From a virus, in the IMG/VR virus record IMGVR_UViG_3300029868_000026: a stretch of DNA of 39,316 nucleotides; one strand, 5' to 3'. The notes beneath the pieces are model-generated. The model was not told the origin of the DNA, did no database searches, and worked only from the letters and a program-made list of their open reading frames with translations. A program made the position numbers and the translations under genes. Numbering within the stretch: the first letter of the stretch is position 1; every line of letters begins with the position of its first letter. Of this stretch, positions 17,052-26,266 are shown one piece after another.

Positions 17052-17106
17052 TTTTATAACTCCACTTTAAAAATTTGTTGTCGGGTTTTTCTGCAACCTG
17101 CGTTTT

Positions 17107-18213
17107 TTAGCTTTGGCTAGAATCAAGAATCACATTGGCTATAATTGTTTTTGGTGAATTGTAGGGCTGAACAGCAACAAATATATTCACCTCGTTTGAA
17201 TTTTTCCAAGTGAACACAATGCTTTCATCGGTCGGGCTTTTGATGTCACCCGGTATTGTAATGCTGTTAAATTCCGTGGCTTCTGCCATTTCCCGAAGCG
17301 GTTTCATAAAATAGGTTTTGTGTTGTGCGATGCTGCCAGAGGTGCTGTTAAGTGATCGGTCGGCAACTTTGCTAATAGCTTTTAATCGAACCTTTCGACA
17401 GGCTTTGTCGACCACCCGCAGATTTTCAATGACTTGATAATCACCGCCATCAATATCCAAACAATTTGCATCGCCCCAATAGGTTCCCGCAACATCAACA
17501 TACTTATAGATACAGCTAAGGCGCTGCCCATCTAACGCGGCGAGTGTTGCCGATGGCAATTCAATAGCAGCTGAATCAACCGGGGTTTCACCCAAGCCAA
17601 CCACCGGGCCGGTGGCAAAACGCATTGGTGAATCCGCTATTGATATAGAACGCTTACAAAGCCGCCCAACCAATACACCCAAATCATTGCCGTGCAACAG
17701 TGGCACAACAACCACCCTATACGCTGCAACACCGTTGGTGATGGCCGTTTGTGCCGCCAAATATTCCGCCCAGGTTTGGGTTGAATCGTTGATGGTTTCG
17801 GATGCGGTTAAAATGACTATGCGCCGCCCCAATGATGTGCGGATTGATTCCGCTTTGGTTTGCATCGCTTCCAAATCGGCGCTTGCTGTGGCTGGATCAC
17901 ACAACACCACTAATTCTGGCGAGCAACCAAGCATCGCGGAATCTAGCGTATCCTTCCAATCATCACCGTTGGTGATAGGCACGGCCCAAGCTTTCCAATT
18001 AGATCCGCCGTTTGATTGGGCAGCTTCAACTTGATCTTTGATAGCACTTGATATCGTACCAAGCGCATCATCTAAATCACTTTGCGCATCCAATGGAATT
18101 AGGCTGTCAGTATTGGTTGCACCCTCTCCGATAAATAACGCGGCGCGCTCGATTTCGTCGGTTTCACCTTGCGCCAAATTTAGGTTATTTACTGCTATTT
18201 GTGGTTGTGCCAT
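17107..18213 (-). CDS. Tail sheath protein
   Basis: 368-aa ORF between tail completion S and the tube. The N-terminus MAQPQIAVNNLNLAQGETDEIERAALFIGEG resembles the short DUF2586-type sheath family, recalled from memory. Confidence 0.7.
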   Translation of the reverse strand: MAQPQIAVNNLNLAQGETDEIERAALFIGEGATNTDSLIPLDAQSDLDDALGTISSAIKDQVEAAQSNGGSNWKAWAVPITNGDDWKDTLDSAMLGCSPELVVLCDPATASADLEAMQTKAESIRTSLGRRIVILTASETINDSTQTWAEYLAAQTAITNGVAAYRVVVVPLLHGNDLGVLVGRLCKRSISIADSPMRFATGPVVGLGETPVDSAAIELPSATLAALDGQRLSCIYKYVDVAGTYWGDANCLDIDGGDYQVIENLRVVDKACRKVRLKAISKVADRSLNSTSGSIAQHKTYFMKPLREMAEATEFNSITIPGDIKSPTDESIVFTWKNSNEVNIFVAVQPYNSPKTIIANVILDSSQS

Positions 18214-18905
18214 TATTTTGCCCTTTTGATTTGTTGCAAGGTTTGATCGAAAATTATTTGGGTAAATTCATTTACGTCTTTTTGGGTTGCCCCTAAAAAA
18301 CTACGAATCGGTGTTGGTACTACCCAACGTTTCACGCTGTCTTCATCCCGTAAAATTCTAAGCACTAAACCGGCTTGCTTCATCGTCATGTTTTGTACAA
18401 CATGTTTAAGGCTGGTAAGCTTCCAACCCTTGCCGTTTTTGCGCCGTATCTTATAACCCGCATCCCTTAATGCCCGTGCTTGTGCGCGGGTGGCGGGTTC
18501 GTCTTCATCGGTTGACCCGTTTTGGGCCATCACTTTGGCCGCTGTCATCACCTCTTCAATACCTTCTTGGTGCTGGCGTGCAATCTTGCCGGTGGATGGG
18601 CTGGCAAAGGTTATATCCACTTTGCGCGGCGTACTGAATACCGCTATTTTTTTTCCCAACTCCTTCAACATTTTGCGTTTAACTTGTTTGTTTTTCCGTG
18701 GCTCCCAAGCCTTACCATCCAACCCCTTTTGGGCGCGGATGCGTTTTCTTGAAAGGCTTCTTACCCTTCGCCCCACTTGCGCCAACAATCGTTTACGCCG
18801 CATCGCTGGCATCTTTAATAATTTCATTTGTTGCATCACGGTGAATTGACCACCGGCAACAAATCTAACCGACATGAACGGCATCGGTTGGTTTTTGGCT
18901 GTCAT
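18213..18905 (-). CDS. S: Tail completion / virion morphogenesis protein (P2 gpS-like)
   Basis: Basic segment RRKRLLAQVGRRVRSLSRKRIRAQKGLDGKAWEPRK fits the virion morphogenesis family. The start is uncertain (overlaps the R-like gene by 41 nt; alternative ATGs at 18884, 18875 and 18836). Confidence 0.7.
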   Translation of the reverse strand: MTAKNQPMPFMSVRFVAGGQFTVMQQMKLLKMPAMRRKRLLAQVGRRVRSLSRKRIRAQKGLDGKAWEPRKNKQVKRKMLKELGKKIAVFSTPRKVDITFASPSTGKIARQHQEGIEEVMTAAKVMAQNGSTDEDEPATRAQARALRDAGYKIRRKNGKGWKLTSLKHVVQNMTMKQAGLVLRILRDEDSVKRWVVPTPIRSFLGATQKDVNEFTQIIFDQTLQQIKRAK

Positions 18906-19350
18906 CGCCTACGCCAATTGCATCCACCACGGTGCCCGCTGCATCATCTGATAAACTCCACGTTTCACCGAGAAAATCAATCAAACCATCGGCATCTTTT
19001 TTAATGCTAATATCTTCAATAAATTGAATACTTATACTCACCTCTGCGGTTTTGTTATCGACTTCATCAACCTCTATGCTGGGCGGTAGTAAATCGTCAC
19101 TATCCCGGCAGGCATCATTTTCATATAACCACGTTGATATAAACGCAAATAACAAATGGGCATCACCGGCAAAATCTTCAATGAATAAAATGGCGGTGTA
19201 TTCAAATCGGCAAATCAACAACCCATTGCCCAAATCTTTAAAACCCTTGGCAAGTGTTGCGCCTTCAACATAGGGGGTTAATTTTCTAGCCGCGCAAATC
19301 TTTTTATCTAATAGATAACTGGTTAGGTCTTTTAATTTTTGTGCGGCCAT
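18865..19350 (-). CDS. R: Tail completion protein (P2 gpR-like)
   Basis: YTAILFIEDFAGDAHLLFAFISTWLYEND...AEVSISIQFIE parallels P2 gpR (YTLNVIVTDFTGDFDLLIVPVLAWLRENQ...FDISISLMLTE). Confidence 0.75.
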   Translation of the reverse strand: MAAQKLKDLTSYLLDKKICAARKLTPYVEGATLAKGFKDLGNGLLICRFEYTAILFIEDFAGDAHLLFAFISTWLYENDACRDSDDLLPPSIEVDEVDNKTAEVSISIQFIEDISIKKDADGLIDFLGETWSLSDDAAGTVVDAIGVGDDSQKPTDAVHVG

Positions 19351-19352
19351 AG

Positions 19353-19823
19353 CTATAACAACTCCACGGTGATGGTGGTTTCTATGCCCTTTAATTTACG
19401 CACTGCTCTATTACTTAGGGTTTTCCAAGGCGCGGCCAAATCAATGGTGGATTCATCCAAAGACATGGCCGAATCTTTACGGTTAAGTGATGCAAATTCT
19501 GGAATCAATAGGGCTTTCGCGCGAGAAAATACGGCTTGAATATAATGCATTTCCATTTTATTCACGCCGTTGTGTTCTGTCGTGTCAACCTCTGCCAATG
19601 TGGTTGCCCCGTCCAATTCCCAATCATCTTGAATAACGGCCAATTGATCATTGATGTTAACCATTGCCAATAATATTTTATTGGTGACGGTTTCAATTTC
19701 ATATTTGGCCGGTATGTTGTAATCACGCTGGAAATCACCCAACACAACATTGGGATAAAACCCGTTGTTAGTGATCACGGTGTTTAGGTAGTCTTCTGTC
19801 TTGCCGCTAAAATCTGACATCAA
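19353..19823 (-). CDS. L: Head completion/stabilization protein (P2 gpL-like)
   Basis: N-terminal ITNNGFYPNVVLGDFQRDYNIP...LLAMVNINDQL matches the gpL signature (N.GFWPDI.L.DFR...RI). Confidence 0.85.
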   Translation of the reverse strand: MMSDFSGKTEDYLNTVITNNGFYPNVVLGDFQRDYNIPAKYEIETVTNKILLAMVNINDQLAVIQDDWELDGATTLAEVDTTEHNGVNKMEMHYIQAVFSRAKALLIPEFASLNRKDSAMSLDESTIDLAAPWKTLSNRAVRKLKGIETTITVELL

Positions 19824-19939
19824 GAGTTTCCAACGTGGTTGCTGTATCCGAAGCGGCCATGAACTTGTTTGAAATTCTGGAATGTTTCACAATCCACATT
19901 TTTCACAAGACAGGCCGCGACGCGGGGTAGACGGTTTAT

Positions 19940-20767
19940 TTATGTATCTGGTGTTTCTGGTGTTTCTGGTGTTTCTGGTGTATCTGGTGTATCTGGTGTA
20001 TCTGGTGTTTCTGGTGTTTCTGGTGTTTCTGGTGTATCCGGTGTATCCGGTGTATTTGTTTCAGCCATACGTTCAATCACCTTGGCGCGTTTCTTGGCAA
20101 TACCGTGGCGTTCTGGGTTTACATCAATACACTTGTCGTACCATTCAAGCGCGGTTTCATCATCGCCATCACGTTCCGCAAACATTGCCGCCAACTTGTA
20201 TATTTTGTTATGAACAATGATTTGTTCAACATGCCAGGCATCGGTTGCGAGTATCTGTGTAATCTGTTCAAAATAGGGGTAGGCGCTTTGTTTTAATCGG
20301 TATTGCTCATTGGCCCAATCAAACACAGTTTCCGCCACCACCGTGGCTAGGTCGCGTTTAAAGCGTTCCGGCATCGGTTGATCCTGTTCAACCGCAACCA
20401 TTGCAAGTTCTAGCGCGGATTCAAAATCCTCAGTATCCAACAACCAAATAATGATGGTGACCAATACAAGGTTTAAATAATTTTCACCGTTCTTGATGTA
20501 ACCTTTAATAAATTCTATGTACTGAGGAATAAAGGCTTTTTTCAGCTCGCGCTTTTCGCTCTTGTTCTTGCCCTTTAACACGGTGTTGTTGTTTTCAAGT
20601 GCAATCAATGCGGTTTCGTAATCGCCTGGAATCGTTCCCAACTTGACAACCTCCGGCACGTCTAACAATTCTTGTGCCGCTGTTTCCAGCTCACGTTTTT
20701 TATTTTCTGCTGCTATTCGGCGTTTGTGCGCCATTACCGGTGATAAAGCCATGTTAATAAACCCCAA
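19940..20767 (-). CDS. M: Terminase small/endonuclease subunit (P2 gpM-like) with a C-terminal (P-[DE]-T)12 repeat tail
   Basis: MALSPVMAHKRRIAAE... and ...VTIIIWLLDTEDFESALELAMVAVEQDQPMPERFKRDLATVVAE parallel P2 gpM (MTSPAQRHMMRV..., MLWRLDTGDIAGALEIARYALKYGLTMP). Confidence 0.85.
   Translation of the reverse strand: MGFINMALSPVMAHKRRIAAENKKRELETAAQELLDVPEVVKLGTIPGDYETALIALENNNTVLKGKNKSEKRELKKAFIPQYIEFIKGYIKNGENYLNLVLVTIIIWLLDTEDFESALELAMVAVEQDQPMPERFKRDLATVVAETVFDWANEQYRLKQSAYPYFEQITQILATDAWHVEQIIVHNKIYKLAAMFAERDGDDETALEWYDKCIDVNPERHGIAKKRAKVIERMAETNTPDTPDTPETPETPETPDTPDTPDTPETPETPETPDT
19943..20050 (-). repeat. 12 x 9-bp in-frame tandem repeat with 27-bp block alternation (DD EEE DDD EEE D)
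   Basis: tgt(a/t)tc(t/c)gg units read directly; they encode the PDT/PET repeats at the extreme C-terminus of the gpM-like protein. Confidence 0.95.
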
Positions 20768-20797
20768 GCGTTTTTTTAAAATACTGTTGTTAATGAA

Positions 20798-20818
20798 AGC
20801 CCACCCAACGGATGGGCT
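20798..20818. terminator. Hairpin between the capsid and small terminase genes (possible partial/bidirectional terminator)
   Basis: agcccacc-caac-ggatgggct stem-loop. It is flanked by T runs on the plus strand and by only a weak T tract in the gene (minus) direction. Confidence 0.4.
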
Positions 20819-20867
20819 ATCTTTTTTACTGCTTTTTTCTAATGTTGTTGTGACTGGTTAACCGGGA

Positions 20868-21908
20868 TTAAGACCAGCCTGTACCATCCCACAATTGCAC
20901 ATTGTCAGATTCAGCAGCGCCGACTTTCTCGAAATCCTCAACCACATAACATTCATTGACTGAATTGTAATGCTCAACGCGGCTGCGCTTGGAATTGTCT
21001 TCGATGTTTTGGCGAATAGAACCATCTTGGTAATAAACAGATATATTTCTAAATGGCGTAATGAATAAGCCACGGGCTGGAAAAAATGGAATCTGGTGTG
21101 CAGGTAACCCGGCATAAGTGCGCGTAACTGTTGCCAGTTCAATCCGCTCTTTTTCCGATGGCGTCGAACCTTGCGCGGCGTATAACTGCGCCTTGTCGTC
21201 ACCCAATAATTCTGAACCGATGATAGCGACTAAATCCGAGCTTTCACGGAATAGCGGTGAAACCATGCCTTTAACATCTTGAACAAAGCTGTCTAGGTTT
21301 GGATAATCCGCACCGGCACCCTCACCCATTTTAATCGCACCGGATGCGGCTACACCTTCTGCCAACATATGAGAACCACCATCAAAATTTCGGATGTGTT
21401 GCAACCAACCAATGTTGGTATCTTCGCCCAATGGATAGGTGACGGAATCTGTCACCGTGGCGGCGGTTATACCTAACCAACCGGTGCGGATGCGGGAATG
21501 GGCTTGTGCTAAACGGCTATACTCCATGAATTTTTCGTGCAAGTTAGGAAACTTGCTCCATGCATCCATAGTTTTCCATTTCATGTGGACATCGTATTCT
21601 GTGAATTTACAGTGGTAAAGTGTGCCGTCAAGATTCAACGGGTCACTGGTTGAACGGTCGGTGGTGTCGGTGTCGGTGCGCTTGCCCAAAATAGTTGACA
21701 CGCTACCCAAGACCTTTTCACCCGACATATCATCCACGGCTAAAATATTGATTTGTTTTAAGAACGCGATAGATTCAACAATTTGATCCATCAAAATCTG
21801 TTGAATCGTGGCGCTTGCGGCAAATTCAGTGGATACACTGTCGACGCCGTAAGTTTTCGCCATTGCCGCACACATGGCATTAAATTGATCTCTTGCTAAT
21901 TTACGCAT
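20868..21908 (-). CDS. N: Major capsid protein (P2 gpN family)
   Basis: MRKLARDQFNAMCAAMAKTYGVD...QQILMDQIVESIAFLKQINILAVDDMSGEKV parallels P2 gpN (MRQETRFKFNAYLSRVAELNGID...QTLMNTMQESSDFLTRINIVPVSEMKGEKI). Confidence 0.92.
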   Translation of the reverse strand: MRKLARDQFNAMCAAMAKTYGVDSVSTEFAASATIQQILMDQIVESIAFLKQINILAVDDMSGEKVLGSVSTILGKRTDTDTTDRSTSDPLNLDGTLYHCKFTEYDVHMKWKTMDAWSKFPNLHEKFMEYSRLAQAHSRIRTGWLGITAATVTDSVTYPLGEDTNIGWLQHIRNFDGGSHMLAEGVAASGAIKMGEGAGADYPNLDSFVQDVKGMVSPLFRESSDLVAIIGSELLGDDKAQLYAAQGSTPSEKERIELATVTRTYAGLPAHQIPFFPARGLFITPFRNISVYYQDGSIRQNIEDNSKRSRVEHYNSVNECYVVEDFEKVGAAESDNVQLWDGTGWS

Positions 21909-21985
21909 TTTCTAATCTCCGGCAAATGGCCTTTTTTTTGGGGGGGTAAATGGGTTAAACGTGTTTTTTGGTTTTGTGTTTTTTC

Positions 21986-22879
21986 TTAATAAACCGGTGG
22001 GTGATCATCGCCACCTGCATCGTCACCCGCTGGCGTTTTCTTTCCGTCAGGCTCTTTTAGGAGTGCTTCAAATTTCGCATCAAGTGCGGTGAATTTTCCT
22101 TCCAATGTCTTGTTGGATTCTGTCAATGCAGTGTTGGCAGTTACCAAAGTTTCATTGGATGCTTTAAGCGCGGCAAACTCTGTTGAAAGTTTTTCGCTGT
22201 TTTCATCATCCGCTTTAGGTGCGACTTTTGCCGCTTCAGTGATGGCGAGTTGCATGGCTGAAAACTTCGCATCAAATGATGCGCCAAGGCTTTCTTGTAA
22301 TGCTGCTAGTTGTTCTGGGGTCATGTCGTCATCATCCTGGTTGGGTTGGGTTATTTTCTTAAAAAAACGTTTTAATAAATTCGGTTCTTGTGTTTCAAGG
22401 TTTGCGGAATAATCGATTTTATGGCCGCTGAAAAACTCGCTTGGTTGTTCTGGTGTACTGGATTGACTGGAATATTTTAATTCATGGCAACCGGCGCTTG
22501 CGGGGTCATTGGTTGCACCAAGGCCGCCAAGGTAGGTGAAACCCTTGCCCATAAAATTATGTTTAAGTTCGATTGATGAAAATAAAAATTGACCTTCTTC
22601 GTTGGCCCGAATTAATGAATTGTTGGGGGCTGTGATGGCGTATAAATGTATTTCGCCTTCAAATTCTTCTTCCTTGGAATGTTCCCATTTCAGCGCGTTA
22701 ACTCTCCCGCCACAATAATCCCTGTCGTGGTCTGGCCAAATCATAGCGGTGTAAACTTTCGGATTGTAATTATCCGCCATCTGTTTTATCCAAGATTTCT
22801 TAATAACCCGGCCACTACCATCAACAGTAGGCCCACTAGTTGCGACAATTACCCAACCGGTTTTCAAATTTCTCGCCAT
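21986..22879 (-). CDS. O: Capsid scaffolding protein (P2 gpO family)
   Basis: WVIVATSGPTVDGSGRVIKKSWIKQMADNYNPKVYTAMIWPDH...LGGLGATNDPASAG matches the GPO pattern (IATEGATTDGR.I...WI.QMA.TYDP..YGA.I..EH...LAVTDSPASLG). Confidence 0.9.
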   Translation of the reverse strand: MARNLKTGWVIVATSGPTVDGSGRVIKKSWIKQMADNYNPKVYTAMIWPDHDRDYCGGRVNALKWEHSKEEEFEGEIHLYAITAPNNSLIRANEEGQFLFSSIELKHNFMGKGFTYLGGLGATNDPASAGCHELKYSSQSSTPEQPSEFFSGHKIDYSANLETQEPNLLKRFFKKITQPNQDDDDMTPEQLAALQESLGASFDAKFSAMQLAITEAAKVAPKADDENSEKLSTEFAALKASNETLVTANTALTESNKTLEGKFTALDAKFEALLKEPDGKKTPAGDDAGGDDHPPVY

Positions 22880-22970
22880 AACAAAAACACCATGTTTGAT
22901 TTTTGGTTTGTTCTTTTATTTCGTTATTGCAAATCTACAACCGGTTTTTAATCTTTTCAAAGAAAACAAA

Positions 22971-23011
22971 TCCTAGAAATTCCTATTTTGCGTTTATAGG
23001 AATATCTAGGA
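22971..23011. promoter_or_regulatory. 16-bp imperfect inverted repeat (tcctagaaattcctat N9 ataggaatatctagga) in the divergent O/P late control region
   Basis: Read directly. One mismatch between the arms, and a further TAGGAAT copy at 23007-23013. Confidence 0.5.
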
Positions 23012-23055
23012 ATCAAATGTGCGGTTTGTTAAAAAATAGCCCGTATTATTGGAAC

Positions 23056-24810
23056 ATGGCATCAAAGATTGCGGATGAAATAAAAGAGGCGGCCAAACTT
23101 CTCTACCTTAAAAAGTGGACGCCAAAAGAAATAAAAAACCAGCTCAACTTAAACAGTGAACGGGTGGTGTATCAGTGGGCGGCGAAATATAGCTGGGCAT
23201 CGATGTTGCAACATGAAACCGTGGAACAAGCAATTTCACGGCGGTTGGTACTTCTGGCAGAAAAAGAAGAATTAACCGAGAACGATTTAAAAATTATGGA
23301 TCGGTTGATGGGGCAACTGGATAAAATAGCCAACATCGATCTAAAAAAAGCCCGCATCCTAAAAGAGAAGGCACGCACCCAAAGAGAATTGGACGGGATA
23401 GAGAGCGGCGGCGGTAATAAACCAGGTAAACGCAAAAAATCCAATGACATATCCGGCATCACCAAAGAACAATTGGAAAAAGTGCGCCTTGATTTATTTT
23501 ATGGTTACCAACAACGCTGGCATGATAACTTATTAGAACGCATCCGGTTTATTTTAAAATCCCGCCAAATTGGTGCCACCTATTATTTTGCCTATGAGGC
23601 GTTTGAAAACGCGGTGTTAACGGGTGATAACCAAGTATTTTTATCTGCCTCCCGTAATCAGTCCAATATTTTCAAAGCCTACATTATTAAATTTGCCCGC
23701 GAATATTTTGGTGTTGAATTAAAAGGCGAAGTTATCACCCTATCCAATGGCGCGGAATTGCGCTTTGTGTCTACCAACGCAAGAACCGCCCAGGGTTTTA
23801 ATGGTCACCTTTATATTGATGAAGTGTTTTGGATAGCGAACTTCAAACAAATTAATGATTTAGCGGGGGGCATGGCATCACATAAAAAATGGCGCAAAAC
23901 CTATTTTTCCACCCCATCGATTAAATCCCACGGCGCGTTTCCGTTGTGGTCTGGTCAAAAATACAATGATGATAAAGGTAAGGAATATGAATTTGACCTA
24001 AGCCATGCCAGCCTAAAACACGGGGTAAAAGGTAAAGATAATATTTGGCGCAATGTGGTCACGGTGGTTGATGCCCAAGAACAAGGCTGTGATTTGTTCG
24101 ACATCGACACGTTAAAGGATGAAAATTCCGAATCCACCTTTAACAATTTGTTTATGTGTCACTTTTTAGAGGCGGGTTTATCCGTTTTTAATCTTAATGA
24201 TTTGTTAGCTTGTGCGGTTGATTCCAACGTGGTGTGGGTTGATTTTAAAAAGAAAGAGCAACGCCCCTTTGGCAACAAACATGTGTGGCTGGGCTATGAT
24301 CCCGCCCGCCACGGTGACAAAAGCACCTTGGTTGTGTTGGCACCGCCCGACCCTGAAAATCCAAAATTCCGGCTGTTAGAGAAAATGCAGCTAAAGGGGT
24401 CATTTCAATTTCAGGCCAACACCATTGAAAAATTATTTGATCGTTACAACGTGCAATTTTTAGGAATCGATTGCACCGGGGTTGGGTTGGGTGTGTTTGA
24501 ACTCGTGCAAGCGTTTTATAGACGCGCCACACCTATCCACTATGGTATTGAATCCAAAACCAACCTTGTATTAAAAGCCATTGATGTGATCGAATCGCGG
24601 CGGATGCAATGGGATGAAGAACACACCGACATGGCACCGGCATTTTTACAGGTTCAACAAACCACCACCGGACAGGACAAAATCACCTATGTGGCGGATA
24701 GAACCTCTGAATTGGGACACGCGGATGTGGCGTTTGCAATGATGCACGCCATGTCAAACGAACCGCTAAACCGTAAACAACGTAAAGTTTCTTTAGGCAT
24801 CGCTAGTTAG
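23056..24810 (+). CDS. P: Terminase large (ATPase) subunit (P2 gpP family)
   Basis: 584 aa, divergent from O and followed by the portal gene, as in P2. Start chosen at ATG 23056 (MASKIADEIKEAAKLLYLKKW..., HTH-like N-terminus). The ORF is open from 22903, but that extension looks non-coding. Confidence 0.88.
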   Translation: MASKIADEIKEAAKLLYLKKWTPKEIKNQLNLNSERVVYQWAAKYSWASMLQHETVEQAISRRLVLLAEKEELTENDLKIMDRLMGQLDKIANIDLKKARILKEKARTQRELDGIESGGGNKPGKRKKSNDISGITKEQLEKVRLDLFYGYQQRWHDNLLERIRFILKSRQIGATYYFAYEAFENAVLTGDNQVFLSASRNQSNIFKAYIIKFAREYFGVELKGEVITLSNGAELRFVSTNARTAQGFNGHLYIDEVFWIANFKQINDLAGGMASHKKWRKTYFSTPSIKSHGAFPLWSGQKYNDDKGKEYEFDLSHASLKHGVKGKDNIWRNVVTVVDAQEQGCDLFDIDTLKDENSESTFNNLFMCHFLEAGLSVFNLNDLLACAVDSNVVWVDFKKKEQRPFGNKHVWLGYDPARHGDKSTLVVLAPPDPENPKFRLLEKMQLKGSFQFQANTIEKLFDRYNVQFLGIDCTGVGLGVFELVQAFYRRATPIHYGIESKTNLVLKAIDVIESRRMQWDEEHTDMAPAFLQVQQTTTGQDKITYVADRTSELGHADVAFAMMHAMSNEPLNRKQRKVSLGIAS

Positions 24811-24819
24811 GGTCAAATT

Positions 24820-25884
24820 ATGAAAGCAATAACACGCCGCGCATTCTCCAACAATCACACCGAAAGTGGCATGGTGTCAAAACGCCAACAACAAGGCGCA
24901 AAAGGCCGGGGGCCATTGGCGTTTTCTTTTGGTGATCCTGAACCTGTATTGGGTAACAACATCACCAATTATTTGGGGGTTTTTGTTGATACTGGTGGGG
25001 AATTTTACGTGCCACCGGTTTCCATGTCGGGGCTTGCTGACATCATCAGCGCCAACGCGCACCATGAATCTGCTTTGCATTTTAAGCGCAACCAAGTGTT
25101 AAAATGGTATATCGATAACACTATTTTAACGCGCAAAGAATTGGCAAAAGTGGTGTTTGATCGGTTTGTTTTTGGTAATTGTTATTTGCAAAAAATCTAT
25201 AACCGTTTTGATATGGTCATTGGATTGAAACACTTGCCCGCGTTATATATGCGCAAAATGAAAAAAAACGATAACCAATATTGCAAACTGCAAAACGGTG
25301 GCCGCCCCCCTATTCCGTTCAAAGTGGGCGAAGTAATCCACCTAAAGGATTATTGTGTTAAGCAACAAATTTATGGTATTCCTGAATATTTGGGCGGGGT
25401 TCAATCCATTATGTTAAACGAATCCGCCACCCTGTTCCGGCGCAAATACTATGATAATGGTGCCCACATGGGGTATATATTTTATACGGCGGATGCTGAT
25501 TTTGATGAAGAGGATGAAAAAGCCCTAAAAGAACAGATTGCACAAAGTAAAGGCGCGGGTAATTTCCGGTCTATGTTTTTGAACATTCCAGGGGGTAAAC
25601 CGGATTCCGTTAAAATTATACCGGTGGGTGATATTGCCACCAAAGATGAATTTGAGAGAATCAAAAACACCACCCGTTCCGATATCATCAGTATTCACCG
25701 CATCAATCCGGCATTGGCTGGGGTTATGTCTGAGGCAAGCGGCGGATTTGGTGACATCGAAAAAATAAGCCGAATTCAATATGAAAATGAAACCGTCCCG
25801 GCACAATTCATATTTAAGGAAGTAAACCAATATTTACGCACCCAAGATGCCATTGGTTTCACAATTCCAGAATTTGCCGACTAA
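24820..25884 (+). CDS. Q: Portal protein (P2 gpQ family)
   Basis: LAFSFGDPEPVL...YVPPVSMSGLADIISANAHHESALHFKRNQVL parallels P2 gpQ (EAFTFGEPVPVL...YEPPVSFTGLAKSLRAAVHHSSPIYVKRNIL). Confidence 0.92.
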   Translation: MKAITRRAFSNNHTESGMVSKRQQQGAKGRGPLAFSFGDPEPVLGNNITNYLGVFVDTGGEFYVPPVSMSGLADIISANAHHESALHFKRNQVLKWYIDNTILTRKELAKVVFDRFVFGNCYLQKIYNRFDMVIGLKHLPALYMRKMKKNDNQYCKLQNGGRPPIPFKVGEVIHLKDYCVKQQIYGIPEYLGGVQSIMLNESATLFRRKYYDNGAHMGYIFYTADADFDEEDEKALKEQIAQSKGAGNFRSMFLNIPGGKPDSVKIIPVGDIATKDEFERIKNTTRSDIISIHRINPALAGVMSEASGGFGDIEKISRIQYENETVPAQFIFKEVNQYLRTQDAIGFTIPEFAD

Positions 25885-25920
25885 TACAGAAACAAGCCCA
25901 TTAAACCCTCCAAAACTCAA

Positions 25921-25958
25921 TAACGCGAAAATTCACAATAGTGCGAATTTTCGCGTTA
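25921..25958. promoter_or_regulatory. Perfect 14-bp inverted repeat (taacgcgaaaattc N10 gaattttcgcgtta) just downstream of the portal gene, in the region where P2-like phages carry cos
   Basis: Read directly. No T tract follows it, so it is not a classical terminator. Confidence 0.5.
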
Positions 25959-25999
25959 GGTGCTATTATTCCCTCAACCAAAAATAACGGGGGTTGTTT

Positions 26000-26266
26000 A
26001 TGCGGTGTAAATGTCGATTTTGTGGAAGTGTGGCGCGGATTACGTCAAGCAATGAAATATCATTAGAAGTTACCCACCTATATTGCCAATGCACAAACCC
26101 AAAGTGTAACGCGGTAACGGTTCGGGATAATTCCTATTCTCACTGTTTGCGCCCCCCTATCGATGATATTGATACCCTGTTTTTAGACCGGTTCAATTCC
26201 ATGGGAAAGGAGCAACAACAACAATTATTGCGTCAAATGACCGGCAACAATACCCCCCTCAACTAG
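26000..26266 (+). CDS. ogr: Ogr/Delta-family zinc-finger late transcription activator
   Basis: MRCKCRFCG...(22 residues)...C-TNPK-C reproduces the Ogr C-x2-C-x22-C-x4-C spacing. There is an RBS-like aacggggg upstream. Confidence 0.85.
   Translation: MRCKCRFCGSVARITSSNEISLEVTHLYCQCTNPKCNAVTVRDNSYSHCLRPPIDDIDTLFLDRFNSMGKEQQQQLLRQMTGNNTPLN

Noticed and set aside
20858-21202. 114-aa minus-strand ORF overlapping the 3' part of the capsid gene in another frame
   Set aside because: It is fully nested out of frame within the gpN-family capsid gene. Its composition is odd and basic, and it has no independent support.
22903-23055. 51-codon N-terminal extension of the terminase large subunit ORF
   Set aside because: The extension covers the divergent promoter region and the inverted repeat, and it translates to hydrophobic, low-complexity sequence. 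The recognisable terminase N-terminus starts at ATG 23056.
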